Below are positions 34,551 through 40,000 of a stretch of DNA of 40,000 nt, in pieces. Both the position numbers and the translations under genes were made by a program. The stretch lies in NCBI GenBank assembly GCA_034676445.1, contig JAUCCE010000002.1, forward strand, positions 997,573-1,037,572. The letters run 5' to 3'. The notes below the pieces were generated by a model that saw nothing but the letters and a program-made list of their open reading frames with translations, was not told the origin of the DNA and did no database searches. Source of the stretch: Aequorivita sp. (lineage in GTDB: Bacteria; Bacteroidota; Bacteroidia; Flavobacteriales; Flavobacteriaceae). How positions within the stretch are numbered: the stretch's first letter is position 1; each line of letters opens with the position of its first letter.

Positions 34551-34782
34551 TTGTAGTTTTGCAGCAATCTGTTTGTAGGTATAGGGTTTTGAATGATCCT
34601 TCCGAAGAATGTTAAGTATGGTTTGGGAAAGATTTTCAATTTTATTATTTTTTTTTTCTTTTATGTTTTGGCATAGTTTGTTCTAATTATCGTAAAAGTA
34701 CTACTTCTCAAGCAATAGCGAGTTTAGATTAGCAAAGTTTTATTACCTTAGTGAGGCTTCTCAACTCCCTTAAAAAGAATAT

Positions 34783-35022
34783 ATGAAGAACTTTCAGACC
34801 ATCGCAATTTTTCAATATCCTGCAGAGTATGCCGTACTTAAACTGCTGTTCGACCAAGAGGAGATTCGATATTTTTTTCAAAATGAAACTATGATCAGTG
34901 TATTTCCATTCTATTCCAACGCTATTGGAGGAATTAGACTGCAGGTTCATATTGACGACATAGAAAGAGCTGAGGAAATAATAAAAGGTTTTGACAATCC
35001 TTCAAATTTGAAAATCGTATAA
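34783..35022 (+). CDS. DUF2007-like small protein (79 aa)
   Basis: MKNFQTIAIFQYPAEYAVLKLLFDQEEI...GGIRLQVHIDDIERAEEII matches the DUF2007 pattern from memory. Confidence 0.6.
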   Translation: MKNFQTIAIFQYPAEYAVLKLLFDQEEIRYFFQNETMISVFPFYSNAIGGIRLQVHIDDIERAEEIIKGFDNPSNLKIV

Positions 35023-35176
35023 AAAGTTACTTAATTCCCCGGCTCGAACTCAAAGTACTGCCACGAATTCCACTAATTTACACGAAGTACTTTCATTGTC
35101 GAAAAAGCGGCACAATCAGCATGACTTTAAATCTCACTAATATAACAGACCTGCCTGTCGTGCCTGCCTGTCGTGC
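35021..35176 (+). repeat. intergenic repeat copy a (tactgccacgaattccactaattt family) ending in 2 x 13-mer ctgcctgtcgtgc
   Basis: 35021-35116 is repeated at 35623-35718 (offset 602). 13-mers at 35151-35163 and 35164-35176. Confidence 0.8.
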
Positions 35177-35622
35177 CTTTGACAGGCAGGCCTGGGCAGA
35201 CAGGCTCCTGACTTCCGCAGATTTTTGAGTACTTAGAAGATGTAATCTATAACATATTAGCTATCAGCCTGTTTATTCCAATAGAGTTTCTATTTTGGGT
35301 GCCCTTGAATGTTTTTTGATTATTTGAATTGAAAAAAGTTGAACTCCACTGAAGTTCTAAATACAGATGGATTCGTTTTTCCCGAATAAAACCTTTATTT
35401 TATTTTGGTTGTATTCGAGGTTATCAATATTAAACCTCTTCGACGTTAGTGGTTACGGGTATTTTTATTTTTTGTGGCATGACCCAGAATGGGTCTAATA
35501 TGGATAACCCCGCACAAACGTAGGGCAGTGCGGGGTTATAATGCATCCATCCTACAGAACCCCGCAGTGGGTTCAACATTTAAAACTTTCTTTAATCTGG
35601 GTGTCCAAGTGCGGAAGTCAGG

Positions 35623-35745
35623 AAAAAGTTACTTAATTCCCCGGCTCGAACTCAAAGTACTGCCACGAATTCCACTAATTTACACGAAGTACTTTCATTG
35701 TCGAAAAAGCGGCACAATTTAAATCTCACTGACCTGCCTGCCGGC
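35623..35745 (+). repeat. intergenic repeat copy b, ending in the palindrome gcctgccggcaggc
   Basis: Direct repeat of copy a, minus a 10-nt segment (cagcatgact). Confidence 0.8.
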
Positions 35746-36609
35746 AGGCTTTTGGTCTATTTTAGGAACCTTTGTTCAAAGGGTTTAATTATATATATAA
35801 ATCCATTTAAATATAACTTGTTGATTCATAACCTAGTATAAACTTAGTTGGTCCATAGATTTTTGGACGGAAAACAAATGACCCCATGAAATTAGGGGTC
35901 CTATTTCTTAAATCATTTTCTAAAGTCACTCTTTTTTAGTTGTCAACATATATAAATACATTATTTGTTTTTTTATAAATTCTTAAAAGAAAAATGATGA
36001 TGATGATGGCTTGTTAATATCGAGGATAACTTTTTCTGATTTTATTTTGAAATCAACTTATTGCTACTTAGTAAGAGGTTGTTAACATATAATTAGAAAT
36101 CAAACCTCTATTTACTAAAGAGATAGCCTGAGTAATCAACAGCTGTGAACAACTCATTTTCATAGTTATTATTGAACAAGTTTTTAATAATATCATGTTT
36201 GTAACAGCTAAATTTATTCTCATAAGTGGACAGTAAATTTTGGTTACTAAATTTGCTTTCTAATAAAATTAAACCCTATTAAAATTTAAATCCATATCTG
36301 CAATTTTAATTGTTGTAATTCAGTAAACAAATATCAACAGTCTTGTTAACTAAATATTAAGAATTCGTTAAGAAGTTATAACGCTCTGATTTTATGGTTT
36401 TAAACGGTAGAATTTTTTGTTGATAGCAAGATTGGATAAAGGAATTGTAAACTTAAATTTTTGGATTTGGGAAAGGAATTCAGGGAAACTAATAACTAGT
36501 ATAGAGGAAGGAAGGTCGATCATCTAACTACTTCTATAAAAAATTAAATATTCAATAAGTTATATATTTGACTAAACGCTTTTGTATCCAATGTGGTAAG
36601 TCCATTCAA

Positions 36610-36830
36610 AACAGACTGCAAGCCTGCCTGCCAAAGGCCTGCCTGCCAAAGGCACGACAGGCAGGCACGACAGGCAGGCACGACAGGCAGGCACGACAGG
36701 CAGGTCTGTTACATTCGTGCAATTCAAAACTACGCTATTTACGCATCCATTTTATACAGTTGAGTGTATTTGTGAAAATTAGTGGAATTCGTGGCAGTAT
36801 TTGAGCACTCAAGTGAGATAAAGTTCGCGA
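36610..36830 (-). repeat. inverted partner of repeat copy a, with tandem 15-mers (x2) and 13-mers (x4)
   Basis: gcctgcctgccaaag x2 (36622-36651) and gcacgacaggcag x4 (36652-36703). Then gtctgtt, and aaattagtggaattcgtggcagta (36776-36799), the reverse complement of 35056-35079. Confidence 0.8.
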
Positions 36831-36969
36831 TCTCGGGCTGATTCGAGTGGAGGACTTATGTCTTACGACTATCAGCGGTTTTTACATCTTGGTCGGATAG
36901 GACTATTTTAAAATATAAGTCTAGAAATTTCGGACTCTGAAATTATTATCTTTGGAGAAAAGTAAGACT

Positions 36970-37401
36970 ATGAAAATTTCCATTGGAAACGACCACGCAG
37001 GCACGGAGTATAAATTTGAGATTGTTCAATTTCTAGAAAAGGCTGGACATAAAGTAATCAACCACGGTACTGATTCCGAATCCAGTGTGGATTATCCTGA
37101 TTTTATTCACCCTGTTGCCAACGATGTTGAAAACGGATCTTCAGATTTAGGTATTATAATATGTGGCAGTGGCAACGGTGCGAATATGACGGCAAATAAA
37201 CATCAAAAAGTTCGCTCTGCTTTATGCTGGACTAAAGAAATTACAGCTCTCGCGCGACAACATAACGATGCGAATATTTTAAGTATTCCCGCACGTTTCA
37301 CCAGCAAAACCCAGGCGATTGATATGGTAAAAACTTTTCTTGAAACAGATTTTGAAGGCGGTCGTCACCAAAACCGAGTCGATAAAATAGCTTGTTCATA
37401 A
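36970..37401 (+). CDS. rpiB: ribose-5-phosphate isomerase B
   Basis: From ATG 36970: MKISIGNDHAGTEYK...IIICGSGNGANMTANK...RHQNRVDKI, the RpiB/LacAB signature. Confidence 0.9.
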   Translation: MKISIGNDHAGTEYKFEIVQFLEKAGHKVINHGTDSESSVDYPDFIHPVANDVENGSSDLGIIICGSGNGANMTANKHQKVRSALCWTKEITALARQHNDANILSIPARFTSKTQAIDMVKTFLETDFEGGRHQNRVDKIACS

Positions 37402-37541
37402 ACGAAGAAATTTTCCAATTCTACATGTCGAAATTAATCATTCCCAAGAATTTCTTTATTTTGAAATATGAACGGGTAAAAATTCCTTTCAGAAAGTTAG
37501 AAAATATTTTCTTTCAAAAATAATCTTACCGATAAAAACCT

Positions 37542-37982
37542 ATGGAAATAGAAGTAAAAAGTTTTGAAGAGTTAAGCAAGAAGGAATTATACGACTTGCT
37601 GCAGCTTCGAAGTGAAGTTTTCGTAGTTGAACAGGATTGTGTATATCCTGATATTGATGGAAAAGATGAGAGTGCCTTACATATTTTAGGTTGGGAGGAT
37701 GACAGGTTGGTCGCTTATGCCCGCTGTTTTCAAGCTGGAGATTATTTTGATCAAGCAGCGATTGGTAGAATCTTGGTCCGTGAAAATTATCGCAAATTAG
37801 GTTACGGTCATCAAATTACCAAAGCTGCGATCAAGGCCATTAAATCCAAATTTAAAGCGGATACAATTAAGATATCGGCTCAAACTTATTTGGTTATATT
37901 TTATGAAAGTCACGGTTTCAAAACTACCGGAAATCGTTATATGGAAGATGGAATCCCGCACATTGCGATGATCAAATCTTAA
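37542..37982 (+). CDS. GNAT-family N-acetyltransferase (ElaA-like)
   Basis: ELYDLLQLRSEVFVVEQDCVYPDIDGKD...RKLGYGHQI...FYESHGF fits ElaA-type GNAT. Confidence 0.85.
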   Translation: MEIEVKSFEELSKKELYDLLQLRSEVFVVEQDCVYPDIDGKDESALHILGWEDDRLVAYARCFQAGDYFDQAAIGRILVRENYRKLGYGHQITKAAIKAIKSKFKADTIKISAQTYLVIFYESHGFKTTGNRYMEDGIPHIAMIKS

Positions 37983-38241
37983 AACAATCATTTTATTCTA
38001 TTTCCTTTTTAGGGTTTGCGTAAGTCGGAATTTTAATTAAAAGTCAAGATTATAATCTCCTGTTGGGCGGGGCAGGTCCCAATCCTTTTGACTCACGATC
38101 CATAAAGGGAGTTTATATTCGTCGATTAATTAAAGGTAGGAATTGTTCATTCTCCACTTTAGAGCCTGTCCCGAACTTGCTTCGGGAGTTCGGGGGTCCA
38201 AACCAGGTTTCCCTTATAGAAAAACCTTTCCAACCATAAAC

Positions 38242-39756
38242 CTACCCCATAACCTCCATCGCTCTTCCAATTCGAGAAATACTTTCCTCTTTGCCTAAGA
38301 TTGAGATTATATCAAACACTTCCGGACCTTTCATTTCGCCGACCAATGCTAATCGCAAGGGCATCATAACTTTTCCGAAACCTATATTTTCCGAAGTAAT
38401 CCATCCTTTTACTGCCTCGGAAACTTTTTCACTTGAATAATCATCCAAACTTTCCAAAATGTCAATCACTTTTTGAAGTATTTCAGGAGTTTCTGGTTTG
38501 AAAGCTTTACTTGCTGCTTTTTCGTCGAAGTCTTTTGGTGCTTCAAAAAAGAAGTTTCCCTGCTCCCATAAATCACTTACAAAGGTTGACCGTTCTTTTA
38601 AGAGAGATACTATCGCTGGTATGTTGAGGTCTTTGGTCGAAATGTCTTTCTTTCGAAGAAATTCTTTAAACTCCTCAGCTAATTTTTCATTGTCAAGCTT
38701 TTGAAAATATTGATTCTGGAACCATTTTGTTTTTTCGGGATCGAATTTAGCGCCTGCTTTATGAACTCGCTCCAAATCGAAATCATGAACCAATTCATCC
38801 AAATTGAAAATTTCTTGTTCGGTTCCAGGATTCCAGCCTAAAAAGGCGAGCATATTCACTACTGATTCTGGTAAATAACCATCTTCACGATATCCCGAAA
38901 ACACATCTCCATCACTGGTTTTCCATTGTAGCGGAAATACGGGGAATCCCATTTTATCGCCATCCCTTTTGCTGAGTTTTCCATTACCCGTAGGTTTTAA
39001 AATCAACGGTAAATGTGCGAATTCAGGAGCATCCCAACCGAAGGAACGGTATAGTAAAATGTGCAACGCCAACGAGGGCAACCATTCTTCTCCTCTAATT
39101 ACATGGGTTATTTTCATTAAATGGTCGTCGACAATGTTTGCCAAATGATAGGTAGGCATGCCATCGCTTTTAAAAAGCACTTTGTCATCCAAAATATTGG
39201 TTTCAACCTGCATTTCCCCACGGATAATATCTTTTAAGTGAAGGGTTTCCTCTTCGGGCGATTTAAACCGAATCACATATTCCTCGCCATTTGAAATTTT
39301 CTGCTCCGTTTCTTCCGAAGAAATGGTAAGTGAGTTTTTCAACTTTAGACGGTTGTGCCAATTGTAGATAAATGTTTTTCCTTTTGCTTCGTGATCTTTT
39401 CTATGTGCATCGAGTTCTTCTGCGGTATCAAAGGCGTAATAGGCATTCCCTGATTCGATCAGTTCATCTGCATATTCCCTATAAAGTGCCTTTCGCTCAC
39501 TTTGGCGATATGGACCCACCTCTCCTTCTTTCCCAATTCCTTCGTCATACGGGATGTTTAACCATTTCAGAGCCTCGATTATATATTCCTCAGCTCCTTC
39601 TACAAAGCGGTTTTGGTCGGTGTCCTCAATTCGGAGTAAAAAATCGCCACCGTGTTTTTTTGCAAATAAATAATTGAATAAAGCCGTACGAACACCTCCA
39701 ATATGTAAAGGTCCGGTAGGGCTGGGTGCAAAACGTACTCGAATTTTTTGTGACAT
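38242..39756 (-). CDS. gltX: glutamate--tRNA ligase
   Basis: 504 aa; RFAPSPTGPLHIGG (HIGH) and KLSKR (KMSKS); full-length GluRS collinearity. Confidence 0.95.
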   Translation of the reverse strand: MSQKIRVRFAPSPTGPLHIGGVRTALFNYLFAKKHGGDFLLRIEDTDQNRFVEGAEEYIIEALKWLNIPYDEGIGKEGEVGPYRQSERKALYREYADELIESGNAYYAFDTAEELDAHRKDHEAKGKTFIYNWHNRLKLKNSLTISSEETEQKISNGEEYVIRFKSPEEETLHLKDIIRGEMQVETNILDDKVLFKSDGMPTYHLANIVDDHLMKITHVIRGEEWLPSLALHILLYRSFGWDAPEFAHLPLILKPTGNGKLSKRDGDKMGFPVFPLQWKTSDGDVFSGYREDGYLPESVVNMLAFLGWNPGTEQEIFNLDELVHDFDLERVHKAGAKFDPEKTKWFQNQYFQKLDNEKLAEEFKEFLRKKDISTKDLNIPAIVSLLKERSTFVSDLWEQGNFFFEAPKDFDEKAASKAFKPETPEILQKVIDILESLDDYSSEKVSEAVKGWITSENIGFGKVMMPLRLALVGEMKGPEVFDIISILGKEESISRIGRAMEVMG

Positions 39757-40000
39757 GGAATTTGAATTTTATTAGGGTTGCAAAGATACAATTCTCTTTT
39801 TATCCATTTGCGTTTTGATTAGGTCGTTCTTGGTATATATCCTTTTGTTCCGAAATAATTGTTTGTATCTTTAGAAAATGAAAACGTGAATTTTTTGAAT
39901 TTGTGAAATGTATATTTGTAAATCTTCGAGCATATTGCTTCGACTAATATGAACCAAAATTTGTTGTTATGTTAAATCTTGCTATTATTGGTCCCATGGG

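Noticed and set aside
35489-35722. 77-aa ORF in the repeat-rich intergenic island.
   Set aside because: It covers GC hairpins and the direct repeat copy b, has no motif and starts within a palindromic segment.
36568-36804. 78-aa ORF and possible mini-CRISPR over the CCTGCC/GGCAGG tandem repeats.
   Set aside because: The ORF is generated by 13- and 15-nt tandem repeats (ACLPK and RQAGT runs). The repeats are contiguous without spacers, and an inverted copy exists at 35151-35176. It is treated as a non-coding repeat.

Overview
AT-rich chromosome segment, probably Bacteroidota (Flavobacteriia-like), in two very different halves. (1) Positions 1 to about 24.4 kb are an integron-like gene-cassette array. 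A tyrosine recombinase gene (1-462, +, 5' end outside the window) is followed 46 nt later by a hairpin/junction site. Then come 19 co-oriented cassettes separated by 20 structured attC-like sites (...AAC imperfect palindrome GTT...) in six sequence families, 129-197 bp long. The cassette interpretation rests on one directly visible property. The 6-10 nt after each GTT are the reverse complement of the nt before the AAC of the next site downstream, along the whole array. Cargo includes an EcoRI-like restriction-modification pair, an HNH nuclease and an overlapping two-ORF module ending in a PD-(D/E)xK-like nuclease. It also includes a GNAT-like protein plus small-protein pair, an S41 peptidase, an FAD monooxygenase, two Crp-regulator plus membrane-protein modules and small membrane peptides. 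An unusually large share of cassettes is ORF-less, including one 489-bp cassette+attC unit present four times. Two mobile elements sit in the same few nucleotides of the R'' box of two different attC sites. One is a GC-richer IS91-family element carrying its own tyrosine recombinase (2423-4854). The other is a class-C-like group II intron, antisense to the cassettes (18816-20672). The array-proximal recombinase lacks the IntI-specific extra segment, so this is either a non-canonical integron or a cassette array whose real intI lies outside the window. (2) Positions 24.5-40 kb are ordinary housekeeping DNA: fhs, glnS, folB, tRNA-Cys, a LysE-family exporter, rnr, rpiB, a GNAT gene and gltX. Local oddities there are an A10-tract frameshift at the 5' end of rnr, a split DUF1211-like gene, a duplicated tRNA-Cys 3' end and a 1.8-kb ORF-free repeat-bounded AT-rich island.
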